A stretch of DNA of 64,000 nt from an uncultured Planctomycetia bacterium (GTDB taxonomy: Bacteria; Omnitrophota; Gorgyraeia; 2-02-FULL-51-18). A program made the position numbers and the translations under genes. Under the pieces are notes generated by a model. That model was not told the DNA's origin. It saw nothing but the letters and a program-made list of their open reading frames with translations, and did no database searches. Location of the stretch: contig CAYSKO010000001.1 of NCBI GenBank assembly GCA_964431835.1, positions 42,131-106,130 of the forward strand, given 5' to 3'. This document shows positions 9,250 to 17,471 of the stretch, one piece after another. Every line of letters starts with the position of its first letter. The stretch's first letter is position 1.

Positions 9250-10764
9250 TTGATTCGACGCATCTTACGCTCGACGAAAAATAAAAACGCCTCGGGACGC
9301 GAGAGGCTGGAAAAAATTCTCACCGGCATCAAAGGATTTGATCATATCACCGGGGGAGGGCTGCCGAAGAACCGGTCCACGCTCATTTGCGGAGGTCCGG
9401 GTTCCGGCAAGACTCTCTGGGGTGTCGATTTTCTCGTGAAGGGCGCGACTCTTTACCGCGAACCGGGCGTGTTCGTCTCTTTTGAAGAGACCGCGGACGA
9501 GCTGTATAAAGACGCGGCTTCCCTGAATATAGACTTGAAAGCGCTCGTCACGCGGAAAAAAATTCGGATCGAGCATATCCTTTTGGAACGCAAGGACGTC
9601 CAGGAAAGCGACTTCAGCCTCGAGGGGACACTTATCGGCCTCGAGCACGCGATCGATTCCGTCGGCGCCAAGCGCGTGGTCCTGGATTCGTTCGAATCGC
9701 TGTTCGCGGGCATCGCGGACGCGGGCATCCTCCGCTTGGAAATAAAGAGGCTTTTCCGCTGGCTCAAGGAGAAGGGAGTCACTTCGCTAGTGACCGGCGA
9801 ATCAGCGCACGCGTCCATGAGCAGCCGCGGGCTCGAGGAGTATATTTCCGACTGCGTCATTTTTCTCGACAACCGGGTGCACGATCAGATCGCCGTCCGC
9901 AGGGCCCGTATCACCAAATACCGCGGCTCGAGCCACGGCACCAACGAATATCCGTTCGTCATCGATGACGAAGGCCTTTCGTTCATTCCCATCACCGCCA
10001 CCGCGCTCGACCGTCCCGGCACGTCCAAAAAGATCTCGACGGGCATCCCGTCGCTCGACCGTCTGTTCGGCGGCCCCGGGGGGGCAAGGGGCTATACCCG
10101 AGGCAGCTCGGTGCTCGCTTCGGGTACCGCGGGAACCGGAAAGACGAGTCTCGCGGCCGCTTTCGCAGCGGGTAGGTGCCGTCAGCGCGAGCGGTGCCTG
10201 TTCCTGTCCTACGAAGAATCCCCGGGGCAGCTCATCCAGAATATGAGCTCCATCGGTTTCGACCTCAAGCCCTTCATCAAGAAGGGGCTCCTCAAGATCG
10301 TGTCCACACGGCCTTCTCTTTTCGGCCTCGAGAGGCATCTGCTTGATCTCTACAAGATCATCGAGGAGTTCAAGCCGAAGGCCGTCATCATCGACCCTTT
10401 GACGAGCCTCGTCGCGGTGGGCAGCCCGCGCGAGATCGAATCCATGGTCACGCGCATGATCGACCTGTTGAAATCTAGAGGCATCACGGCGTTCTTCACG
10501 AGTCTCGTTTCTTCGGCCGCTGAAAATTACACCAGCGGCGAGATCGGCGTCTCGTCCCTGATCGACACCTGGATCGTCGTCCGGGAGATCGAGCTGGACG
10601 GCGGCAAGAAGCGCGTGCGCGGCCTTTACATCGTCAAATCCCGGGGCATGAGCCATTCCAGCGACATCCACCGGCTGATCATGAGCGACGAGGGGCTCGT
10701 GCTCAAGGCCATGGATGAAGGGCCCCCGGCTCAGCAGCAAAGGTCTAGCCATGCAAACCCCTAA
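9250..10764 (+). CDS. KaiC-like double RecA-superfamily ATPase
   Basis: There are two Walker A motifs, GGPGSGKT and GTAGTGKT, each preceded by a 'GIxxLDxxxGGG'-type loop. At about 504 aa it is typical of KaiC/RadA-like proteins. The apparent start is TTG and is uncertain. Confidence 0.75.
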   Translation: MIRRILRSTKNKNASGRERLEKILTGIKGFDHITGGGLPKNRSTLICGGPGSGKTLWGVDFLVKGATLYREPGVFVSFEETADELYKDAASLNIDLKALVTRKKIRIEHILLERKDVQESDFSLEGTLIGLEHAIDSVGAKRVVLDSFESLFAGIADAGILRLEIKRLFRWLKEKGVTSLVTGESAHASMSSRGLEEYISDCVIFLDNRVHDQIAVRRARITKYRGSSHGTNEYPFVIDDEGLSFIPITATALDRPGTSKKISTGIPSLDRLFGGPGGARGYTRGSSVLASGTAGTGKTSLAAAFAAGRCRQRERCLFLSYEESPGQLIQNMSSIGFDLKPFIKKGLLKIVSTRPSLFGLERHLLDLYKIIEEFKPKAVIIDPLTSLVAVGSPREIESMVTRMIDLLKSRGITAFFTSLVSSAAENYTSGEIGVSSLIDTWIVVREIELDGGKKRVRGLYIVKSRGMSHSSDIHRLIMSDEGLVLKAMDEGPPAQQQRSSHANP

Positions 10765-11359
10765 ACCCCGTTTCATCGTCGGCATCGGAGGATCGGCGGG
10801 AGGCCTAGACGCTTATATGAAGTTCCTCGACGCCCTTCCGGAGGACACCGGAATGGCTTTCGTCATCATTTCCCACATCCTTCCCACCGAGTCCCACAGC
10901 CTCTTGGCCGAAATCCTGGCGAAACACACGAAAATGCCGGTCCGCGTGACCGCCGCGGAGATGCCCGTCCGGCCGGACCATGTCTACGTGATCGCTCCCA
11001 ACGTGGACCTTCGAATCGAAGACTATACCTTCAAACCCACCGCCCCGCGCACGATGAACAAGCAGGTGGACATCTTCCTGACCTCTTTGGCGAGCGCGAT
11101 GGGCGAGCACGCGATCGGCATCATTTTTTCGGGATATGACGGAGACGGCTCACAGGGCTGCATGGAAATCAAGTTGAGAGGCGGCACGACGTTCGCCCAG
11201 GATAGCTCGGCCATCGTGAACGGCATGCCCGTGAGCGCGCAGAGGTCCGGCTACGTCGACCACGTGCTTCCGCCCGGAGAAATGGGCGCCGCGCTCGAGA
11301 AATGGGCAGACGCCTTTGACACCCACCCCAGCGGGTTCGGGCATTTACTCACCACGTGA
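10751..11359 (+). CDS. Stand-alone CheB-type methylesterase domain protein, probably the truncated N-terminus of a CheB-CheR-PAS-kinase gene
   Basis: The CheB_methylest pattern is 'IVGIGGSAGGLDA...IISHIL...GYDGDGSQG'. Its sequence is homologous to the N-terminus of the 46422 gene through '...HPSGF', and it then ends at the boundary of the RAYT repeat. Confidence 0.65.
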   Translation: MQTPKPRFIVGIGGSAGGLDAYMKFLDALPEDTGMAFVIISHILPTESHSLLAEILAKHTKMPVRVTAAEMPVRPDHVYVIAPNVDLRIEDYTFKPTAPRTMNKQVDIFLTSLASAMGEHAIGIIFSGYDGDGSQGCMEIKLRGGTTFAQDSSAIVNGMPVSAQRSGYVDHVLPPGEMGAALEKWADAFDTHPSGFGHLLTT

Positions 11360-11372
11360 GGTTACGGGACCA

Positions 11373-11478
11373 AGTTACGGGACCAAGTCCCAAAGTACAT
11401 AGTTGAACGAAATTAGCCTCCTGTGTCGTCTTATAAGATAAGGAGGCTTTCTTTATGCCCAGAAAACCACGAATCTCA
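11373..11478 (+). repeat. 106-bp direct repeat, copy 2. It is the native left end of the RAYT/IS200-like element.
   Basis: It is identical to 9022-9127. It is preceded by a partial tandem copy 'gttacgggaccaa' at 11361-11373. Confidence 0.85.
11415..11448 (+). promoter_or_regulatory. Stem-loop that sequesters the transposase RBS (AGCCTCCT ... AGGAGGCT)
   Basis: 8-bp inverted repeat arms enclose an 18-nt loop. The 3' arm is the AGGAGG Shine-Dalgarno, 7 nt before the ATG at 11455. This is analogous to the translational-repression hairpin of IS200. Confidence 0.5.
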
Positions 11479-12063
11479 AGCGCTTCCGGGCTTTATCACT
11501 TCATCGCTCGGGGAATGAATAAGAAGACTCTTTTTCATAAACATTCGGATTATAAGGCGTTTGAGGATCTAATGGCCGAGTATCTAACAAAGTTGGATAT
11601 GCGGCTGTACCACTATTGCCTCATGCCCAATCATACCCACTTGCTCGTTTCGGCGGTCGATGTCGGCCTGCTCAGCAGGTTCGCGCATTTCGTTCATCGC
11701 CGGTACACGTATCATTATTGCAGGGCCTATGGATGGTCGGAGCAGCTGTTCAATAGGAGGTTCCGGAGTATTCCTATTGAGAGTGACGGTTATTTACTGG
11801 AATGCGGGCGTTACATAGAGAGGAATCCTCTCAAGTCGAATAGGGTCCAGGATGTGGGAGATTATCCTTATTCAAGTTATGGTTTTTACGTTGTTGGAGC
11901 AGCATCGGCTTTTATAACGCGTAATCCCATGTATGATACCTTTGGAAGGACAGAAGAGGAGAGGCGGCAAGCCTATAAGGCATATCTTTTGACGCCAAGG
12001 CCTTATGAGTCGTTATTAGACGAAACGATTTCTAACTATGTACCTGTGGACTTGGTCCGGTAA
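11455..12063 (+). CDS. IS200/IS605-family Y1 (HUH) transposase, REP-associated tyrosine transposase (RAYT)-like
   Basis: The HUH motif is 'YHYCLMPNHTHLLV' and the catalytic Tyr region is 'RYIERNPLK'. The size (202 aa) fits a RAYT. A GTAG-palindrome lies upstream. Confidence 0.75.
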   Translation: MPRKPRISSASGLYHFIARGMNKKTLFHKHSDYKAFEDLMAEYLTKLDMRLYHYCLMPNHTHLLVSAVDVGLLSRFAHFVHRRYTYHYCRAYGWSEQLFNRRFRSIPIESDGYLLECGRYIERNPLKSNRVQDVGDYPYSSYGFYVVGAASAFITRNPMYDTFGRTEEERRQAYKAYLLTPRPYESLLDETISNYVPVDLVR

Positions 12064-12100
12064 ACCGGTAAACGGTAAAAAACCGGTAAACGGTAAACAT
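12056..12100 (+). repeat. Short tandem repeat (c)cggtaaa, about 5 copies
   Basis: The sequence ccggtaaa-ccggtaaa-cggtaaaaaa-ccggtaaa-cggtaaa spans the RAYT stop codon. Confidence 0.7.
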
Positions 12101-12136
12101 GCTGAATTGCATACGGACACACAGAGGGAAGAAAAA

Positions 12137-12661
12137 ATGAAGAAATGCGGGATTCGGGATCTTGAAGAGGTTCTTAAAAAAACAAGCGATTGTCAGGTTG
12201 TCGACGTGCGCGAACCGGCTGAGTTTGAATCCGAACATATCCAGGGAGCTTTCTCGTTGCCGTTGTCCGCTCTCCGGGAGGATAACACGAAGGTTTTTAA
12301 AAAAGAGAAGGCGCTTTATCTTTTATGCCGGAGCGGAAATCGCGCCTGCAAAGCGGCGGATCAATTGGAGAGATTCGGATTTTCAGATCTATACGTGGTT
12401 GAGGGGGGTCTTGAAGCCTGGGCTGGCGCGGGCAAGCCCGTGCTTCGGGGATCCCGCCGTGTGTGGAGCCTGGACCGTCAGGTGCGTTTTGCCGCGGGTT
12501 CGCTGGTGATGAGCGGCGTCCTCTTTTCAAAATTTGTTAATCCCTATTGGCTGGGTCTGTCGGTATTTGTCGCGGCCGGCCTTATTTTTTCGGGAATCAC
12601 CGACACCTGCGGCATGGCCATGCTCCTTGCCCGGATGCCCTGGAATCAAAAGAAAGCGTAG
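12137..12661 (+). CDS. Rhodanese-domain protein with a C-terminal DUF2892/YgaP-like membrane segment
   Basis: The rhodanese active-site loop is 'LYLLCRSGNRA'. The C-terminus is hydrophobic ('WLGLSVFVAAGLIFSGITDTCGMAMLL'). Confidence 0.65.
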   Translation: MKKCGIRDLEEVLKKTSDCQVVDVREPAEFESEHIQGAFSLPLSALREDNTKVFKKEKALYLLCRSGNRACKAADQLERFGFSDLYVVEGGLEAWAGAGKPVLRGSRRVWSLDRQVRFAAGSLVMSGVLFSKFVNPYWLGLSVFVAAGLIFSGITDTCGMAMLLARMPWNQKKA

Positions 12662-12667
12662 GTTCTT

Positions 12668-14308
12668 ATGAAACTATTGATCGTTGGCGGCATTGCGGGA
12701 GGCGCGTCATGCGCGGCCCGGGCAAGGAGGCTTTCAGAACAGGCAGAAATCATTCTCTTTGACCGGGGACCCTTCGTGTCCTTCGCCAACTGCGGATTGC
12801 CCTACTATGTCGGCAATGTCATCAAGGAAGAAAAAAACCTTCTGGTGGCTACGCCGGAGCTTTTCAAAGAGCGGTTTAATATACAGGTCCGTACTGAAAG
12901 CGACGTTTTATCTATCGACCGCGCCAATAAAAAAATCCAGGTTAAGGACCTCAAATCGGGGAGCATTTATTGGGAATCATACGACGCGCTGGTGCTTTCG
13001 CCGGGAGCTGCGCCGATTCGTCCGCCGCTTCCGGGCATTGATCTTCCCGGTATCTTTGCCTTGCGCACGATTCCGGATAGCCGCCGCATTCTCCAATGGA
13101 TCTCGGAGAAAAAAGCCAAAGACGCCGTGATCATCGGCGGAGGTTTTATCGGGCTTGAGATGGCTGAAAATCTGGTCCGCTGCTGCATTCACACGTCCGT
13201 GCTTGAAATGCAGCCTCAGGTGTTGCCTCCTTTTGATCGGGAAATGGTTTTTGGACTTCACGAACATTTGAAATCCAGGGGCGTGACTCTGTATCTAGGC
13301 GATGCTCTGACGGGGTTCGAAGCGGACGCGGACGGGAAGATCACGGTGTTATCCAAGTCCGGCTTGAAACTCAGAACGGATATCGTCATTCTTTCTATCG
13401 GGGTGAAGCCGGAAATCACGCTCGCCAAAAATTGTGGACTAGAAACCGGCGAACGAGGCGGGATTCGCGTCAATGATCAAATGAGAGCCTCTGATCCCAA
13501 GATATGGGCTGTCGGGGATGCCGTGGAAAAACGTGATTTCCTTACGAGTGAGTGGACGACCATTCCGCTGGCCGGACCGGCCAACCGTCAGGGGAGAGTT
13601 GCGGCCGATAGTATCTTTGGCCGTGATTCAAAGTTCAGGGGAGTCCAGGGAACCGCTGTTTGCAAAGTATTCGACCAGGTAGCCGCCATGACCGGAGCCA
13701 GCGAAAAGGCCCTTCGGCGGTTGGGTAAGACTTACGAGAAAGTTTATCTGCATCCCGGCCATCACGCGGGATATTATCCGGATGCCAAACCCATTCATTT
13801 AAAACTTTTGTTTTCTCCTCAGGATGGGCGCGTGTTGGGAGCTCAGGCGATTGGCGAGGAAGGTGTGGAAAAACGCATCGACGTGATCGCGATGGCCATT
13901 CAGATGAAGGCAACAGTTTATGATCTGGAAGAGGCAGAGCTTTGCTATGCGCCTCAGTTCGGCGCGGCCAAAGATCCAGTGAACATTGCCGGCATGATCG
14001 CCGCCAACGCGTTGAGAGGTGACGCGCCCCTTGCTCAGTGGGATGGAATCGATTTGAAGAAGGACTTTTTTTTGGATGTGCGAAATAAGGAAGAATATAA
14101 AAAGAGCCACGTTGGGGGAGCACTCAACATTCCCCTAAATCATTTAAGATCGGAAATGAACAGGCTCCCCCGCGATCGTGCGATCTATGTTTATTGCGGA
14201 GTGGGGCAAAGGGCCTATTACGCGACACGGGTACTCCTCGAAAACGGATTCGATGCTAGAAATATTTCAGGCGGCATCCAGACTTTTGATGGGCAGATTT
14301 CCGGCTAA
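12668..14308 (+). CDS. CoA-disulfide reductase / NADH oxidase-family flavoprotein with a C-terminal rhodanese domain (CoADR-RHD)
   Basis: The FAD-binding N-terminus is 'KLLIVGGIAGGASCA', with the redox Cys in 'SFANCGLPY'. A second dinucleotide fold is 'VIIGGGFIGLE'. The C-terminal rhodanese loop is 'IYVYCGVGQRA'. Confidence 0.75.
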   Translation: MKLLIVGGIAGGASCAARARRLSEQAEIILFDRGPFVSFANCGLPYYVGNVIKEEKNLLVATPELFKERFNIQVRTESDVLSIDRANKKIQVKDLKSGSIYWESYDALVLSPGAAPIRPPLPGIDLPGIFALRTIPDSRRILQWISEKKAKDAVIIGGGFIGLEMAENLVRCCIHTSVLEMQPQVLPPFDREMVFGLHEHLKSRGVTLYLGDALTGFEADADGKITVLSKSGLKLRTDIVILSIGVKPEITLAKNCGLETGERGGIRVNDQMRASDPKIWAVGDAVEKRDFLTSEWTTIPLAGPANRQGRVAADSIFGRDSKFRGVQGTAVCKVFDQVAAMTGASEKALRRLGKTYEKVYLHPGHHAGYYPDAKPIHLKLLFSPQDGRVLGAQAIGEEGVEKRIDVIAMAIQMKATVYDLEEAELCYAPQFGAAKDPVNIAGMIAANALRGDAPLAQWDGIDLKKDFFLDVRNKEEYKKSHVGGALNIPLNHLRSEMNRLPRDRAIYVYCGVGQRAYYATRVLLENGFDARNISGGIQTFDGQISG

Positions 14309-14319
14309 CAACCGGCTAA

Positions 14320-14982
14320 ATGAACTACCCTAAAAATAGAAACTCTCCTGAAAATCAGATAACCTTCGTCAGAAAACTGATACAATCGGTACTGGAGGGA
14401 TATTCGTTGCTAGGTACATTCAGATCGATACTTTTCATATTTTCCCTAATCCTATGTTTGGGTAAGCCTTCATTCGCTGAAAATAGAGTATTTACCAATG
14501 AAGATGTACGCCAACTTTTTGAAAAATCCGAAGACTTTAAGAAATCCCATTCCGTTATGAAGCAGCAGCGCGAACGGCTCAAGGCCATTTTAAATGGCTT
14601 TTTGGTCGGCGACACTCAAACAATCAATGAAAAATCGGATGAACTCTTGCAGGCTATGAAAGAGGTCATCGCTGGCTATCCGCCGTCAGGCGAAAAAGAA
14701 TCTGCTGCATGGCAGTCGATGGCCGATATCGTTAACGAAACGTATTTGATGAAAGAAGAGGCGTCGAAAAACGACTACAATAAAGCTTACGTGCACTTTA
14801 GCCATATCTCTAGAAGCTGCATTCAATGCCACCAAGTAGTTAGAGAATGGGGCAAACTGCCCGAACCTGCGCCGCCCGCAGAAGAAAAGAACCTTTCGCC
14901 TGACGCTGCTAATCAAAAAGAGGCTGCTTCAAAAAAGTCTACAAAGAAAAACAACCCAGACGCACCGTTGGTTTCACAGTAA
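14320..14982 (+). CDS. Putative secreted c-type cytochrome (single CxxCH)
   Basis: It has an N-terminal hydrophobic signal-like segment and the heme-binding motif 'CIQCH'. Confidence 0.4.
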   Translation: MNYPKNRNSPENQITFVRKLIQSVLEGYSLLGTFRSILFIFSLILCLGKPSFAENRVFTNEDVRQLFEKSEDFKKSHSVMKQQRERLKAILNGFLVGDTQTINEKSDELLQAMKEVIAGYPPSGEKESAAWQSMADIVNETYLMKEEASKNDYNKAYVHFSHISRSCIQCHQVVREWGKLPEPAPPAEEKNLSPDAANQKEAASKKSTKKNNPDAPLVSQ

Positions 14983-15352
14983 TTCCAATTAATTTTATAA
15001 TAATTAAAACTTCGATCTTTCCTCGCTCCGAACGTTCAGACCGGTCCGCTTCGAATAAAGCCTCCAGCAGTAAACTTTGAGAAGAAGGGATAAAGCGGGC
15101 AAATTACGCTTGCCGCTTCTCATGGGGGTTTCTTGCTGTCAGTAAAAGAACTCATTGGAGACGGCACATCGAACCTGGTTCGGTAGCTATTCTATAGGCG
15201 GTACGCTAAGAGCATTCTAGGCATCGGGGAAGCCCCCGATGTTCCCCCCGCAGTTCCCCTTAAAGATAATCAGGGCTTCCCCTCATTTTTATGGGCTCCC
15301 GAGCCATCTATACTTATTGCATAACGGATCGATCAAACGAGGAGACCGCCCC

Positions 15353-15763
15353 ATGTCGAAGACTGAGCCCACGATTCAAAAATTCATGACGACGCAGCCG
15401 TATTCTATCGAGGCTTCCGAAAAGCTCGAGTCAGCCGTCAAGATCATGTCCGATCGAAAAATTCGCCACTTGCCGGTGACGCGACAGGGTGAGGTGATCG
15501 GCATGCTGAGCGACCGTGACGTGAAGCTTGCGATGGGCATCCAGGGGCTTGATCTGAACCGCCTGCCGGTCTTGGATTTTGCTACTGAAAGACCGTACAC
15601 CGTGGATCCGGACATGCCGATCGGACAGGTCTGCACGACCATGGCCTCGAAGCATTACGGTTCCGCGATCGTGATGCAGAACGGTAAGCTCGTCGGCATT
15701 TTCACGGCGGTGGACGCGTGCCGGGCGCTCGCGGAGATCGTCGCGACGCGCTATCATGCGTAA
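15353..15763 (+). CDS. CBS-domain pair protein
   Basis: Tandem CBS motifs are 'IRHLPV...VIGMLSDRDV' and 'GSAIVMQNGKLVGIFTAVD'. A GGAG RBS precedes the ATG at 15353. It is a paralog of the gene at 22820. Confidence 0.7.
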   Translation: MSKTEPTIQKFMTTQPYSIEASEKLESAVKIMSDRKIRHLPVTRQGEVIGMLSDRDVKLAMGIQGLDLNRLPVLDFATERPYTVDPDMPIGQVCTTMASKHYGSAIVMQNGKLVGIFTAVDACRALAEIVATRYHA

Positions 15764-15816
15764 CGACCCATTGGCGACGCCGGAACAATCAGGGGCTTGA
15801 AAAGGAGAAGAGCTTG

Positions 15817-16725
15817 ATGGGTGTGGGCACGAGAATGGTAAGGGGTCACAACTGGCCGATCATCGCCTTTTTTGCATTTACGACCTTGGGGGCGCTGATC
15901 GGGACGCCTTGGTATCTGCATCACTTCGGGGGCTCTCTTGCGGAGGTCCTCCTGACCCTGTTTTTCATCGAGGCGACGGGAATGGCCATTACGGTCGGCT
16001 ATCATCGCTATTACGCCCACGCCACGTTCAAGACAAACCCCCTTATCCAATTTCTGATCCTTTTCTTCGGCGCGGCGGCGTTCGAGCAGTCGGCGCTGAC
16101 TTGGGCCTCGGGGCACCGCGACCATCACCGTTACGTGGACACGGCGGCGGATCCTTATAGCATCAAAAAAGGGTTTTGGTATGCCCATATCGGGTGGATG
16201 ACCCTGTGGCAACAGAAGCCGGACTATAGCAACGTAAAAGATCTTCTGAAGAACAAGATGGTCATGCAACAGCATGACCACTATGTTTTGTGGGGTTTAT
16301 TCGCGGGCATCCTCTTTCCGGTCTTTTTGGGGGCCCTGATGGGACACGCGCTCGGCGCCCTCATTCTGGCCGTATTTTTAAGGATCACCTTCGTTTACCA
16401 CGCGACGTTCTGTATCAACTCGGTTTGCCACACGTTCGGCAAAGCCACTTACGATTTGCATGCGACCGCGAGGGACCACTGGTTTGCAGCTTTTTTAACC
16501 AACGGAGAGGGGTACCATAGTTTTCATCACCGCTTTCCGACGGATTACCGCAACGGGATCCGCGCCTATCATTGGGACCCTAGCAAGTGGGTCATCGCTC
16601 TTTTGGAGCGGATCGGGATGGCCTGGGATTTAAAGCGCGTACCGGATTCGGTCATCTTGCAGGCAAGGATTGCCGCCGAAAACGTAACGTTTGGCGAACG
16701 GTTAACCGGAAAGCAAAGGATCTGA
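15817..16725 (+). CDS. Membrane fatty-acid (acyl-lipid/acyl-CoA delta-9-type) desaturase
   Basis: The three histidine boxes are 'HRYYAH', 'HRDHHRY' and 'HSFHHRFP'. The protein has multiple TM segments. An AAGGAG RBS precedes the ATG at 15817. Confidence 0.75.
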   Translation: MGVGTRMVRGHNWPIIAFFAFTTLGALIGTPWYLHHFGGSLAEVLLTLFFIEATGMAITVGYHRYYAHATFKTNPLIQFLILFFGAAAFEQSALTWASGHRDHHRYVDTAADPYSIKKGFWYAHIGWMTLWQQKPDYSNVKDLLKNKMVMQQHDHYVLWGLFAGILFPVFLGALMGHALGALILAVFLRITFVYHATFCINSVCHTFGKATYDLHATARDHWFAAFLTNGEGYHSFHHRFPTDYRNGIRAYHWDPSKWVIALLERIGMAWDLKRVPDSVILQARIAAENVTFGERLTGKQRI

Positions 16726-16726
16726 T

Positions 16727-17440
16727 ATGAATCTCAACGAATTAAAGAACTTGAAATCGACCGAAGAGCTGAAGCGTGAGCAAAAAACGACACTTGAAAC
16801 GGCGCGGAGGAAATACGGTTTTCTGGCGCGGCTTCTTTTTCTATTCATGGACGTTTTCTATGGAAAGAAGCGGACTTTATCCAAATTCAAGGTCCTTGAG
16901 GTGATCGCGCGGGTGCCTTATCAGTCGTGGGAGCACGTCGCCTATATCGCCATGACCCATACATACGCCATGCCGGATTTCGCGCGCAGGATCTTCGACT
17001 TCGTGAAGGAGTCTCGCGAGCAGCAGGACAACGAGCAGTGGCACCTTTTGATCCTCGAAGAATTGACCCAGAAAAAGAACGCCACGGAAAACTTTTTCCA
17101 TTTCAGGATCCTTCCACAGATCGCCGCGTTCTTCTATTACCACGTCAGCTGGCTGCTGTACGTGATGAAGCCGTCCTGGAGTTACGGCCTGAACGCGGAC
17201 TTCGAAGACCATGCGGAGCATGAATACATGCTGTTGGTGAACGAAAACCCTCAATTCGAAAACGAGCCTTTCGCCAGCGTCTTCGCGGAAGATTATGGCT
17301 TTTATCCGACCCTCGCCGACCTTTTCCGGCGTATCGGGATCGATGAGCGCATGCATAAATTGGAAAGCTTGGCGAGGACCGACAACGCCCGTTTTTCCCG
17401 CGAACCAGATTCCAGGGCTGCGGAAAAAGGCAGGGTTTGA
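16727..17440 (+). CDS. Diiron-carboxylate oxidase of the alternative oxidase (AOX/PTOX)-like family
   Basis: The four-helix diiron ligand pattern is E ('LEVIARVPYQSWEH'), ExxH ('NEQWH'), E ('DFEDHAEHE') and ExxH ('IDERMH'). The last resembles the AOX 'NERMHL' motif. Confidence 0.5.
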   Translation: MNLNELKNLKSTEELKREQKTTLETARRKYGFLARLLFLFMDVFYGKKRTLSKFKVLEVIARVPYQSWEHVAYIAMTHTYAMPDFARRIFDFVKESREQQDNEQWHLLILEELTQKKNATENFFHFRILPQIAAFFYYHVSWLLYVMKPSWSYGLNADFEDHAEHEYMLLVNENPQFENEPFASVFAEDYGFYPTLADLFRRIGIDERMHKLESLARTDNARFSREPDSRAAEKGRV

Positions 17441-17471
17441 CGGCGGGTACGGCTTTTGACACAATATAACG

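Noticed and set aside
9802-10785. 327-aa minus-strand ORF
   Set aside because: It is antisense to the KaiC-like gene, which carries two clear Walker A motifs. The antisense product is Arg-rich nonsense.
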